Notes: generated from the letters alone by a model not told the origin. DNA of 32,000 nucleotides from Patescibacteria group bacterium (GCA_041649575.1 JBAZMW010000002.1:202792-234791); one strand, 5' to 3'; counted from the stretch's first letter, positions 9,571 to 18,541 are shown. Numbers and translations are program-made.

Positions 9571-10251
9571 TTAAATTATGTATTTGCCGACTTTTTGATC
9601 TTGAATTATCGACCCCTCCTCCAAAGTAATCACTCTTCTTTTCAGGGAGTTGACTATTTCTTTGTTGTGAGTGACCAAAACTATCGTGGTGCCGAATTCA
9701 TTAATTTTTATCAGTAAGTCGATAATATCTTTGGAATTGAGGGCGTCCAGGTTGCCAGTCGGCTCATCGGCCAGAAGAATTTTCGGCCGGTGCACCAGGG
9801 CCCTGGCGATAGCCACCCGCTGTCTCTCACCGCCAGACAGTTGGTGAGGATAGCGATTTCTTTTTTCTTCTAAATCCACTATTTTTAGAACTTGGGGCAC
9901 CACTTTGTTAATGCGGCTTTTGGTGCCGCCCGAGACCTGCAGGGCAAAAGCCACGTTTTCAAAAACAGTTTTTTTGGGCAATAATTTAAAATCCTGAAAA
10001 ACCACCCCGATTTGCCGCCTTAGCAAAGGAATCTGCCGATTTCTGATGTGAGTGATATCCCAGCCACCAATGATGATTTTGCCTTCGTCCGGAGCAATTT
10101 CGGCGATTAGCAACCTGACCACTGTGGTCTTGCCCGAGCCTGACTGACCGACAATCGAAACAAACTCCCCCGGCTCTATATGCAAATTGATGTTTTTTAG
10201 AGCCACGGTGTTGGGAGGAAATTTTTTGGTAACACTAGCTAAACGAATCAT
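9571..10251 (-). CDS. ftsE: cell division ATP-binding protein FtsE
   Basis: [75 protein letters not shown]. Confidence 0.94.
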   Translation of the reverse strand: MIRLASVTKKFPPNTVALKNINLHIEPGEFVSIVGQSGSGKTTVVRLLIAEIAPDEGKIIIGGWDITHIRNRQIPLLRRQIGVVFQDFKLLPKKTVFENVAFALQVSGGTKSRINKVVPQVLKIVDLEEKRNRYPHQLSGGERQRVAIARALVHRPKILLADEPTGNLDALNSKDIIDLLIKINEFGTTIVLVTHNKEIVNSLKRRVITLEEGSIIQDQKVGKYII

Positions 10252-11075
10252 AGTTCCTGAAAAGGGGTTATTTTCACTCTGATTAAGCCCAAGCCTGGTG
10301 CTGCCAGCTTGGCAAAAGCGTTTTTGGATAAATCAACAATCCGATTTTGACAAGTACCCATTTTTTTGATCTCTTGTTCGCTCCACTGGTTGCATTCTTT
10401 GGGGCCATAATCTTTTATAGTCACCACCACCTCTTTTTTATTATCCAGGTTGGTGACCTTGATTTTGGTGTTTTGGGCAAAATCCCGGCTGGCGGCTATT
10501 AGTTCATTGCGATATTTATTGTGAACATACCAAGAAGCGTTGCCTTCCAGAGCCGGCTCATTAAACACGGCCAGCATGATTGATTTTTTGGGCAAAACAA
10601 AAGAAAGAGTTTTGTTGATGGTGTCTCGGGAGGTTTCTATTTTTTTGAAAGAAAGTTCCGACCAGTCATAGTAATAAATTTCTTTATACTGGTTGTCTTC
10701 CTGGTAGCTAACGGTGACTGTCGGCTGTTTGCTAAAAGGATTTTCGGCGGCAGCAATAATTTTTATCGAATAGAGGTCGCTGGCCGGGATCAACTCTTGA
10801 GGATAGGAAAAAAATTGGTTGATCTCGTCTTTTTTTACCAAAACAGTCATTTTTATGAGCGTTCTTTCCGCGATCGACCCGGCGCTTAAATTTATGGCCA
10901 ATTCTCTAGCTGACGAAGTTAAGTTATAATTTTCATTTAGCGGATATTCAACCGACCTTAGATAAAAAAAATCGCTGGCCCGAGCCGGTGGGCTCGAAAA
11001 CAACAAAAGCGACGATGATAACAAAAAAAAGCCAGCCGCCAAAACAATTTTTTTATTAACCAAGGGTATTGTCAT
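10248..11075 (-). CDS. secreted RlpA-like double-psi beta-barrel protein
   Basis: Signal peptide; C-terminal NASWYVHNKYRNELIAASRDFAQNTKIKVTNLDNKKEVVVTIKDYGP...NRIVDLSKNAFAKLAAPGLGLIRVKI. Confidence 0.75.
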   Translation of the reverse strand: MTIPLVNKKIVLAAGFFLLSSSLLLFSSPPARASDFFYLRSVEYPLNENYNLTSSARELAINLSAGSIAERTLIKMTVLVKKDEINQFFSYPQELIPASDLYSIKIIAAAENPFSKQPTVTVSYQEDNQYKEIYYYDWSELSFKKIETSRDTINKTLSFVLPKKSIMLAVFNEPALEGNASWYVHNKYRNELIAASRDFAQNTKIKVTNLDNKKEVVVTIKDYGPKECNQWSEQEIKKMGTCQNRIVDLSKNAFAKLAAPGLGLIRVKITPFQEL

Positions 11076-11154
11076 TTTTTTTAATTAAAGTTAAGATGAA
11101 TTATAATTACAGGCTGATTCTGCTGGCAGAAAAGTCTCCAGCGGCCCAAGCTAA

Positions 11155-11225
11155 GCGAGATTAGTTAAGCGGCTTAATGTCTCCTTCCCAAGGAGATGAG
11201 GCGGGTTCGACTCCCGCATCTCGCT
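11155..11225 (+). tRNA. tRNA-Gly(CCC)
   Basis: GCGAGAT...TCTCC-TTCCCAA-GGAGA...GCGGG-TTCGACT-CCCGC-ATCTCGC-T; anticodon CCC; D arm weak. Confidence 0.85.
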
Positions 11226-11243
11226 CTGCAGCTCAAGCTGTCT

Positions 11244-11284
11244 GCCGACCTAGCTCAATTGGTAGAGCAACGGTATCGTAAACC
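11244..11284 (+). pseudogene. 5' part of an interrupted tRNA (outer tRNA, Thr-like CGT as written)
   Basis: GCCGACC-TA-GCTC-AATTGGTA-GAGC-A-ACGGT-ATCGTAA-ACC, then the tRNA pattern stops. The 5' acceptor arm is perfectly complementary to GGTCGGC at 11421-11427. Confidence 0.8.
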
Positions 11285-11297
11285 CAGTTAAATTTAT

Positions 11298-11370
11298 GCC
11301 TATGTAGCTCAATTGGTAGAGCAACGGTATCGTAAACCGTAGGTTGTCGGTTCGATTCCGACCATAGGCT
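11298..11370 (+). tRNA. tRNA-Thr(CGU), intact, nested between the two parts of another tRNA
   Basis: GCCTATG-TA-GCTC-AATTGGTA-GAGC-A-ACGGT-ATCGTAA-ACCGT-AGGTT-GTCGG-TTCGATT-CCGAC-CATAGGC-T; all stems pair; anticodon CGT. Confidence 0.93.
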
Positions 11371-11389
11371 CAAATAAATATTTAGCAGG

Positions 11390-11428
11390 GTAAACCGCAG
11401 GTTGTGGGTTCGATTCCCACGGTCGGCT
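11390..11428 (+). pseudogene. 3' part of the interrupted outer tRNA
   Basis: GTAAACCGC-AGGTT-GTGGG-TTCGATT-CCCAC-GGTCGGC-T. The T arm is perfect; the acceptor 3' strand pairs with 11244-11250. Confidence 0.8.
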
Positions 11429-11438
11429 TTGGCTGGTA

Positions 11439-12551
11439 TTATTTTATAAATTTCTTGATTTTCGCCCCGTCTAGCAATTCTTTGATATACTCATCCACAT
11501 CAACTCTAATCAATACTTGTCGTGCCTTAACGCTCTCTTTACCATTGTCTGGATTAATCATCTTTTGTTCCACCTTTACCACATGATAACCTAGCCGATT
11601 TTTGATGACTTTTTCATAAACAGCGCCTGCTGGTAAAGAAAAGAGGGCTGTTTCTAACTCTGGCGACACCTCGCCTTTTACTATCCAGCCCATTTCGCCG
11701 CCGGTATAAACACCCAGTTCGTCCTCGGTAAACTTTTGGGCTAATTTCTCAAAATCAACCTGCGGCTTCAGGGCTTCGACCAATATTTCATTGGCTCTGT
11801 TTTTTGCTTTCTGGTTAATTTTTAAACTCTCATCTTGAGTGATTGCTTCTTGCAAATTCTCCCTGGCTACCACAAAAGCCAATATTTTGTCTTTGAAATT
11901 TTGTAAATCCAGGCCATAAAGATCTTTGATTAATTTGTTGGCTTGCTGCTGGCTACCGGCCTGTTTGACAAAATCTTTTATGCGGCTGGTTAGCTCTTGA
12001 TCAGTGACGCTCCTGTTATACCTCGACAATTCTCTGTCAATCAACTTTCCCGCCGCCAGCCGATAAAAAACTTTTTCTCGAAGGCTTTGGCCATAGACAA
12101 AAGATCCGTCGATGCCTTCTCTTTGTTTGGTTAAAGCTAGATTTAGCGATTTTAAATCATCCCAATAATCGGCTAGGCCGATTGCTTCCCTGTTTACCGT
12201 TCCGGCCGGCAGGTTAATAATTCTGGCCAGCTGGTAACTGAATTTATCTTGCCAACCGAACCGATAAGCGCCCCAGATATCGGCCAAACCCACTATTATA
12301 AGAACCAGGATAAAAATGATAAATAATTTCAAAAAAACAAAATTTTTGGGTGGCTGTTGATTCCGGCCGTCTTTTTTGGACACAAACTTGCTAGGATCTT
12401 TGGCCAAAGCCATTAAAACCAAACGGCTCAAGCTTTTTGATTTTTTGGGCTTCAAGTTGGCCGGCTTTTTGCTGGTTTTATTTATTTCTTCCAAAACATA
12501 GCCCTTAAGCTCTTCTTTTCTATTGGTTGCGTGGGTTTTTTTTCTGGTCAT
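11439..12551 (-). CDS. membrane-anchored PpiC/SurA-type peptidyl-prolyl isomerase
   Basis: FTEDELGVYTGGEMGWIVKGEVSPELETALFSLPAGAVYEKVIKNRLGYHVVKVEQK, a parvulin-type pattern, plus an N-terminal TM segment. Confidence 0.88.
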   Translation of the reverse strand: MTRKKTHATNRKEELKGYVLEEINKTSKKPANLKPKKSKSLSRLVLMALAKDPSKFVSKKDGRNQQPPKNFVFLKLFIIFILVLIIVGLADIWGAYRFGWQDKFSYQLARIINLPAGTVNREAIGLADYWDDLKSLNLALTKQREGIDGSFVYGQSLREKVFYRLAAGKLIDRELSRYNRSVTDQELTSRIKDFVKQAGSQQQANKLIKDLYGLDLQNFKDKILAFVVARENLQEAITQDESLKINQKAKNRANEILVEALKPQVDFEKLAQKFTEDELGVYTGGEMGWIVKGEVSPELETALFSLPAGAVYEKVIKNRLGYHVVKVEQKMINPDNGKESVKARQVLIRVDVDEYIKELLDGAKIKKFIK

Positions 12552-12973
12552 TTTTTATTATTTTTAAAAAAATATTGCCACCATTTTTGAGGATTGCTTT
12601 GTTCTTGGCCCGATCCGCGCTCAATGATTGTTTTATTTGGCAGTTCAATTTTTTGCTCGGCGGTAGTTTTTTCATCATGAAGAACCAAAACCACCTTTTC
12701 CCCGGATTTTTGCAGACCCAGTTTTAATCTGGCCTCTTTTTCCAGTTGATTTTCTTCGGACCAATTGGCGATAGAATTGCTGATTTGGCCTTTCTCTCTT
12801 TCTAATTGCTCAATTTGATTTTCCAAATCGCCTATTTGTTTGTCCAGTCGATAACGATTTACTGCCTCTTTTACCAAGCCAATCAAAAACAACAATAATA
12901 AAATCAAACTAACGGCAATTACCGTCTTGCGGCTAAAAATCCGTTTCTTGTTTTTTTTGAGCTCTGACATCAA
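12548..12973 (-). CDS. septum formation initiator (FtsB/DivIC-like)
   Basis: Single TM then coiled coil LDKQIGDLENQIEQLEREKGQISNSIANWSEENQLEKEARLKLGLQKSGEKVV. Confidence 0.8.
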   Translation of the reverse strand: MMSELKKNKKRIFSRKTVIAVSLILLLLFLIGLVKEAVNRYRLDKQIGDLENQIEQLEREKGQISNSIANWSEENQLEKEARLKLGLQKSGEKVVLVLHDEKTTAEQKIELPNKTIIERGSGQEQSNPQKWWQYFFKNNKK

Positions 12974-12993
12974 TATTATAACACAAGATTTAT

Positions 12994-13578
12994 TTATTCG
13001 GCAATCAACTTATCAAATTCTTCCGCTCCTAATTTTGATTTGATTTTTTCCAAATCCTTGAAAGCGTCCTGACTTTGCTTTATGGCCTCTTCCTGCTGGA
13101 GTAAAATCGCCGTCACCACCAGTTCCGGTTTTTTGACTGATGGGATTTTAAACTTGATCCTTTTGCTGCCCAGCAGGCTGAAATAAATATCCCCCTGATG
13201 GAATAAATAATTTTTAATACCTTTTTTCCGGCAACTGACGTTTTCAACCTTATCGTACAAAATCGGCGATATTTGCCGATTCATCAAGCCCCTTTGATCA
13301 ATATCAATCATTCGAATATTGGTCAAAATAAAAGCGTTAAAAAAATGCAACCAATAAATTCTCAAAAATAAAAAGACGGCCAGAACAATTAAGATGGCAA
13401 AAATCGTGATTCCCAGTTTGCCCTGCCTAAACAAAGGGTAGAGCAGAAAAAAGTCAAAAATTACCAAGAACGCGGCCAAAGTCAACGGCCAAAACCAAAA
13501 CCAATAGGAACGTCTGATGATTTTGTTGATTTTTTCACTTTCGAGTAAATCAAAACCCCAGGGTAAACGTTTAGGCAT
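12994..13578 (-). CDS. bacterial PH-domain membrane protein
   Basis: Two TM segments then TNIRMIDIDQRGLMNRQISPILYDKVENVSCRKKGIKNYLFHQGDIYF. Confidence 0.7.
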   Translation of the reverse strand: MPKRLPWGFDLLESEKINKIIRRSYWFWFWPLTLAAFLVIFDFFLLYPLFRQGKLGITIFAILIVLAVFLFLRIYWLHFFNAFILTNIRMIDIDQRGLMNRQISPILYDKVENVSCRKKGIKNYLFHQGDIYFSLLGSKRIKFKIPSVKKPELVVTAILLQQEEAIKQSQDAFKDLEKIKSKLGAEEFDKLIAE

Positions 13579-16246
13579 ATTTTATTTTTTTAACATCTTT
13601 TTTAAGAATAAAATAATGTTTCACTCCCTCAATCATTAGTATTCCCACCAGCGCCAAAACGATTACTACCAGCCATTCCCAATAACCCAGAGCGACTGTG
13701 TGAAAAATTCGTTGCAGCCAGGGCAGATAGACAACCAAAAGCAAAGTTGCAAAAGAGACAAAAATGGCGCCGAGTAAAAATTTATTTTTGAAAGGATTTT
13801 GGGTGAAGATAGAGTGCCTCAAACTCCTGACGCTGAAAGCGTAAAGCAAAGAATCACAACCCAAGGCGACGAAAATAACAGTCCTAATATAATCCAAATC
13901 AAAAGACAATTTTAGCAGAATTAGAAACAACCCGAGCAGCATTAAGTCGGTAATAATGCCGATAACAAAAATTATAATTTTCATTTCTCGGTTTAAGATT
14001 GGTTCCTTTCTGTTTAGTGGCGCTTCTTGCATCACTCCCGGCTCGCCCTTTTCCATGGTCATGGCAATATTGGGCAAGCCGTCATTAATTAAATTGATCC
14101 ACAAAATTTGCGTTGCCAGTATCGGCATCGGCAAACCCAAAAGCAAGCTGGCTGAGACCAGAATAATTTCTGAAAAACTGTCGCATAACAAGTAAAGGAT
14201 CACCTTGCGAATATTGTCAAAAATTATTCTGCCTTGTTCTACCGCCGCCACGATAACTTTAAAATTATTATCCAAAAGAATGATGTCGGCGGTTTCTTTG
14301 GTCACATCGGTGCCGTCTCCCAAAGAAATACCAATATCGGCCGCCTTCAAGGCCGGGGCGTCGTTAACGCCGTCGCCGGTCATGGCCACCACCTCGCCTT
14401 TAGCCTGCCAGGCATTGACAATTCTCAGCTTATGCCGCGGTTCAACTCGGGCGTAAATATCAATTTCTTTTATGTTTTTTATTAACTCCTTATCGCTCCA
14501 GCGGTCCAAGTCTTCGCCGTCAACAACCTTGTGATTGTTTTTGATCCCCAATTCCTCAAAAATTGCCCTGGCCGTCAGACGGTGGTCGCCAGTAACAATA
14601 ATCGGCCTGATGCCCGCTTGGTGGCAGAGACGCATTGCCTCTCTGGCTTCCGGCCTTAGCGGATCCTTTAGCGCGACAAAACCCAAAAAAACCAAATCTT
14701 TCAAAGCGGTTTCCAGACCAGAAAAACTTTTGTCGGTCTTATAAGCCAAGGCCAGTAAACGCAAACCCTTTTGGGTCAATTTTTCGTATTTGTTTTTCAG
14801 ATAATCTAGTTGCTTTTTGTCCAGAGTTTTCTCGCCGTCATCGACCAAAATTTGTCCGCAAAACTGCAGAATTTTTTCCGGAGCCCCTTTGGCGAAAATA
14901 TACTGGCGATTTTCATCCCGATGCTGATGCAAAGTGGCCATGTATTTTTTCTCCGAATCAAAGGGGATCTCGGCTAGCTTTAGATATTCTTGATCAAGTT
15001 TCTTTTTGTCCAGCCCCGATTCGATGGCGGCAACAAGCAAGGCCTTCTCCGTCGGATCGCCAATGATTTTCAGTTCTTCCAGTCCGGCGTCGGGATTTTC
15101 GATAACCGCGCTACTGCACAAAACAAAAGTTTTGGAAATCAAATCATGAATCTTTTCCAGTTTAGCTTCCCGGTTTTTTTGCAAAACCAAGTATTCTCTT
15201 TCGGCAGTGATAATTTTGGACACCTGCATCTTTCCTTCGGTGAGTGTGCCGGTTTTGTCGGTACAAATTATGGAAACGCTGCCCAGGGTCTCGGCGGCCA
15301 GAAGCTTTCTTACCAGAGCTTGTCGTTTCAAAATAAACTGCATCCCTATGGTCAAAATAATGGTAATGGCCACTATCAAACCTTCGGGAATTGCCGCCAC
15401 CGCCAAGGCGACGGCCGTGACAAAAATTTCTATCGGTTCTCTCCGGTTAATAATCCCGATAATGAAAATAAAAACGCATAAAATTCCAATGCCAATAGTT
15501 AAGGCCCTGGTAAACCCGCTTAGCTGTTTTTGCAGTGGCGTTTTTTCTTCCTTGGTTTCTTTGATCAGTTTGGTGATTTTGCCAATTTCTGTGTTTATGC
15601 CGGTAGCGCAGACCACCGCTTGGCCCCGGCCCCTGGCTGTTATGGTTCCCATATAAACCATATTTTCCCTGTCGCCCAAAATCGTGCCTTTATCCAAGAG
15701 CTGATCTGTTTTTGAAGAAGGATCTGCTTCACCGGTGAGACTGGCCTCGACCAGCGCCAAATTCTCGGCCAAAATCACTCTGGCATCGGCCGGCACCTTA
15801 TCGCCGGCTTTTAACAAAATCACATCGCCTCTAACCAGCTCCGTTGAATCCAGTTCTATTATCCGGCCATCTCTCTTTACCCTGGCTTGCTGCCGGACCA
15901 TTTTTTTCAGATGGCTAATCGCCCTGTCGGCCTTGTTCTCCTGCCAGAAACCGAACGATGTATTTATTAAAACAGCAAAAAAAATCACTCCCGCATCGGT
16001 AAAATGGCTTAAAAGCAAAGAAATCACCCCGGCGGCCAACAAAATATAAACCATGGGTGATTTGAGCTGGTTCAACAGAATAATAGCCCAGGAAAGCGAC
16101 GTTTCCGGCGGCAATTCGTTTTTTTTATAAATTTTTTGTCTCTCTAAAGCTTCTTTGGTGGTCAGGCCGTGCTCTGAAGTTTTCAAAAATTTAAAGCACT
16201 GCTTGATTTCCAAAGCATGCCAAAGCTTTTCTGTTTTTGGAGGCAT
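13571..16246 (-). CDS. cation-transporting P-type ATPase (calcium/P2-like)
   Basis: CTDKTGTLTEG phosphorylation motif, LTGEAD, AAIPEGL, VAMTGDGVNDAPALKAADIGI. Confidence 0.93.
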   Translation of the reverse strand: MPPKTEKLWHALEIKQCFKFLKTSEHGLTTKEALERQKIYKKNELPPETSLSWAIILLNQLKSPMVYILLAAGVISLLLSHFTDAGVIFFAVLINTSFGFWQENKADRAISHLKKMVRQQARVKRDGRIIELDSTELVRGDVILLKAGDKVPADARVILAENLALVEASLTGEADPSSKTDQLLDKGTILGDRENMVYMGTITARGRGQAVVCATGINTEIGKITKLIKETKEEKTPLQKQLSGFTRALTIGIGILCVFIFIIGIINRREPIEIFVTAVALAVAAIPEGLIVAITIILTIGMQFILKRQALVRKLLAAETLGSVSIICTDKTGTLTEGKMQVSKIITAEREYLVLQKNREAKLEKIHDLISKTFVLCSSAVIENPDAGLEELKIIGDPTEKALLVAAIESGLDKKKLDQEYLKLAEIPFDSEKKYMATLHQHRDENRQYIFAKGAPEKILQFCGQILVDDGEKTLDKKQLDYLKNKYEKLTQKGLRLLALAYKTDKSFSGLETALKDLVFLGFVALKDPLRPEAREAMRLCHQAGIRPIIVTGDHRLTARAIFEELGIKNNHKVVDGEDLDRWSDKELIKNIKEIDIYARVEPRHKLRIVNAWQAKGEVVAMTGDGVNDAPALKAADIGISLGDGTDVTKETADIILLDNNFKVIVAAVEQGRIIFDNIRKVILYLLCDSFSEIILVSASLLLGLPMPILATQILWINLINDGLPNIAMTMEKGEPGVMQEAPLNRKEPILNREMKIIIFVIGIITDLMLLGLFLILLKLSFDLDYIRTVIFVALGCDSLLYAFSVRSLRHSIFTQNPFKNKFLLGAIFVSFATLLLVVYLPWLQRIFHTVALGYWEWLVVIVLALVGILMIEGVKHYFILKKDVKKIKYA

Positions 16247-16353
16247 AACTAAAGTCTAATTCCATCTTTATTATAACATAAAATCAACGCCATAACATTA
16301 TTATTGCCAAATCGGTTGTTTTTTGCTAAAATATTTTAGTTGATTCTTGATTA

Positions 16354-16400
16354 GGGGCGTTAGCTTCCGCCTTGGCTCGGCGAGACAGGCAGCTGGTAGA
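16354..16400 (+). pseudogene. interrupted tRNA-Lys-like 5' fragment
   Basis: GGGGCGTTAGCT - 24-25 nt insert - CAGCTGGTAGA matches the 5' end of the intact tRNA-Lys 80 bp downstream. Confidence 0.55.
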
Positions 16401-16435
16401 AATGAGAATAATTTGTGATAGACAACTAAATATTG

Positions 16436-16508
16436 GGGGCGTTAGCTCAGCTGGTAGAGCAACAGCCTTTTAAGCTGATGGTCACAGGTTCGAATCCTGT
16501 ACGCCCCA
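16436..16508 (+). tRNA. tRNA-Lys(UUU)
   Basis: GGGGCGT-TA-GCTC-...-ACAGC-CTTTTAA-GCTGA?-...-ACAGG-TTCGAAT-CCTGT-ACGCCCC-A; anticodon TTT. Confidence 0.93.
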
Positions 16509-16510
16509 TT

Positions 16511-16548
16511 AATTTTAAAACAGGAACCAGGGTTCCTGTTTTAAAATT
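16511..16548 (+). terminator. perfect 17-bp hairpin downstream of tRNA-Lys
   Basis: AATTTTAAAACAGGAAC-CAGG-GTTCCTGTTTTAAAATT. Confidence 0.8.
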
Positions 16549-16837
16549 ACCTGAATATTTTACTTCTCAAAAAAATTGAAATTGGCTGCTCTTTCAGTGT
16601 ATAAACTGTTAAAAAATAGTGTTTGCTAAAACATCCTTTATTGGCTAAAATACACTCGTTAACTTTTAGCCGATGAACCCCCTTAAAAACCTGCTTTTAG
16701 ATCACCAAATTTTTGACAAAAAATTACGGCCGAAAACGGCTGCTAATTTAAATTACGAAGATTATTACTCCAAAAGACTAAGGACCATTAGACGGGAGCG
16801 TCTACCCAACCCTTCAGAATATTTAAATTATTAGGCT

Positions 16838-18229
16838 ATGCCAGAACTTGAAAACAGCTCCAGCGGCAAACTGCCCCCGCAAAATTTGGAAGCCGAACAA
16901 TCGCTTTTGGGCGCTTTGCTGATAGACAAAGATTCCATTATTAAGGTGGCTGATTTATTATCAGCCGACGATTTTTATCAGGACAATCACTCTCTGATCT
17001 ATGAAACAATTTTGGAACTGTTCGAAAAAAGAGAAGCTATCGACATTTTAAGCCTCACCAGCCGCCTCGAAGAAAAAAAGCTCTTGCAGCAAATCGGCGG
17101 CCGCAGCTACCTGATTAGTCTGACCAATCAAGTCCCCTCCTCCGCTCATGTAGCTTCTTATGCCCAAATCATTCAGAAAAAAGCCACCTTAAGAAGACTC
17201 ATCGCCGCCGCCAACAATATTTTAGAGCTTGGCTACCACGAAGAACGCGAGGTAAACGAAATATTGGACAAAGCCGAACAATCGGTTTTTAGTGTTTCGC
17301 AAAAATACCTCAAAGAAAAATTCACGGCCATTAAGGAAGTGCTCTCCGAAGCCTTCGAACGTATCGACGAGCTCCACCGTGAAAAAGGCAAACTACGAGG
17401 ACTGGCCACCGGCTTCGGCGATTTGGACAGCCTGCTGGGCGGTTTGCAAAAATCCGATTTGGTCATTTTGGCCGCCAGGCCATCGGTGGGTAAAACTTCC
17501 CTGGCTTTGGACATCGCCAGGAATGCGGCGGTCAAATATAAAAAATCAGTCGGTATTTTTTCGTTGGAAATGTCCAAGGAACAGCTCGTGGACAGATTGA
17601 TCTGCGCCGAAGCTGGCATTGGCTTGTGGAAAATGCGCACCGGCCGGCTCTCGGAAAGCGGCGATGATTTCCCGCGTATCGGCCACGCCATGAGCGAACT
17701 GGCTGAAAGCCAAATCTACATCGATGATTTTGCCAATACTAACGTAATGGAGTTAAGGACCAAGGCCCGCCGCTTGCAGCTGGAACACGGCCTGGATTTG
17801 ATAATTCTCGATTATCTGCAACTGATGGAAGGCGCCACCGGCCGCTACGGTGACAATCGTGTCCAGGAAATAGCCGAGATATCCAGATCGCTCAAGGGCA
17901 TCGCCAGGGAGCTTAACGTGCCAGTCCTGGCCTTGTCTCAATTGTCCCGCGCCGTCGAGATGAACAAGCCGGCTATTCCTAAATTGTCCCATTTAAGGGA
18001 GTCGGGTTCTATAGAGCAAGACGCTGATGTGGTGATGTTTATCTACCGCAAAGCCGCCGATCGCGGCTATGATATCAACTCTCTAAGCGAAGAAGAAAAG
18101 CACTTGGCGGAGATTCATGTGGCCAAACATCGCAACGGCCCAACCGGTTTGATCTATTTGTTTTTCGACGAAGACCGGGTCAGCTTCAAAAATTTAGAAA
18201 CCAAGTTAAATGCCGGTCAAAATTTTTAA
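16838..18229 (+). CDS. dnaB: replicative DNA helicase DnaB
   Basis: LPPQNLEAEQSLLGALL, SDLVILAARPSVGKTSLALDIARN, DLIILDYLQLM, SRAVEMNKPAIPKLSHLRESGSIEQDADVVMFIYR. Confidence 0.97.
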   Translation: MPELENSSSGKLPPQNLEAEQSLLGALLIDKDSIIKVADLLSADDFYQDNHSLIYETILELFEKREAIDILSLTSRLEEKKLLQQIGGRSYLISLTNQVPSSAHVASYAQIIQKKATLRRLIAAANNILELGYHEEREVNEILDKAEQSVFSVSQKYLKEKFTAIKEVLSEAFERIDELHREKGKLRGLATGFGDLDSLLGGLQKSDLVILAARPSVGKTSLALDIARNAAVKYKKSVGIFSLEMSKEQLVDRLICAEAGIGLWKMRTGRLSESGDDFPRIGHAMSELAESQIYIDDFANTNVMELRTKARRLQLEHGLDLIILDYLQLMEGATGRYGDNRVQEIAEISRSLKGIARELNVPVLALSQLSRAVEMNKPAIPKLSHLRESGSIEQDADVVMFIYRKAADRGYDINSLSEEEKHLAEIHVAKHRNGPTGLIYLFFDEDRVSFKNLETKLNAGQNF

Positions 18230-18250
18230 CAGCCAATTAAAATAATTTTT

Positions 18251-18541
18251 ATGTTCAATAAACTCAAACAAATCCAGGATTTCAAAAATCAAGCCGGCCA
18301 GATCAAACAGGCTCTGGCGCAAGAAACCATCGAAGGCAGCGGCGGCTGTGGCAAAGTAAAGATATTAATGGATGGCAACCAGGAAGTAAAAAAAGTGGAG
18401 ATTAGTGAAGAATTTTTAACCGACAAAGAAAAATTGGAGGCGGCTATTGCCGAAGCGGTTGGCGACGCCATCAAAAAAGTCCAGCGTGTTATGGCCCAGA
18501 AGATGAGTCAGCTGGGCGGTCTGAATTTGCCGGGATTCTAG
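18251..18541 (+). CDS. YbaB/EbfC family nucleoid-associated protein
   Basis: Small protein with GCGKVKILMDGNQEVKKVEISEEFL...KLEAAIAEAVGDAIKKVQRVMAQKM; adjacent to recR. Confidence 0.9.
   Translation: MFNKLKQIQDFKNQAGQIKQALAQETIEGSGGCGKVKILMDGNQEVKKVEISEEFLTDKEKLEAAIAEAVGDAIKKVQRVMAQKMSQLGGLNLPGF

Noticed and set aside
11285-11396. Group I or archaeal-type intron in the outer tRNA
   Set aside because: The insert is only 112 nt and 73 nt of it is a tRNA, leaving no room for a group I core; no clear bulge-helix-bulge motif was seen.
14205-16049. Numerous plus-strand ORFs opposite the P-type ATPase gene
   Set aside because: They lie antisense to a strongly supported long ATPase gene and have low-complexity, basic translations; judged shadow ORFs.
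16560-16837. Possible RNA gene or leader upstream of dnaB
   Set aside because: Only an AT-rich stretch with a short GGCCG/CGGC-type pairing was seen; no convincing promoter-terminator pair or long helices.
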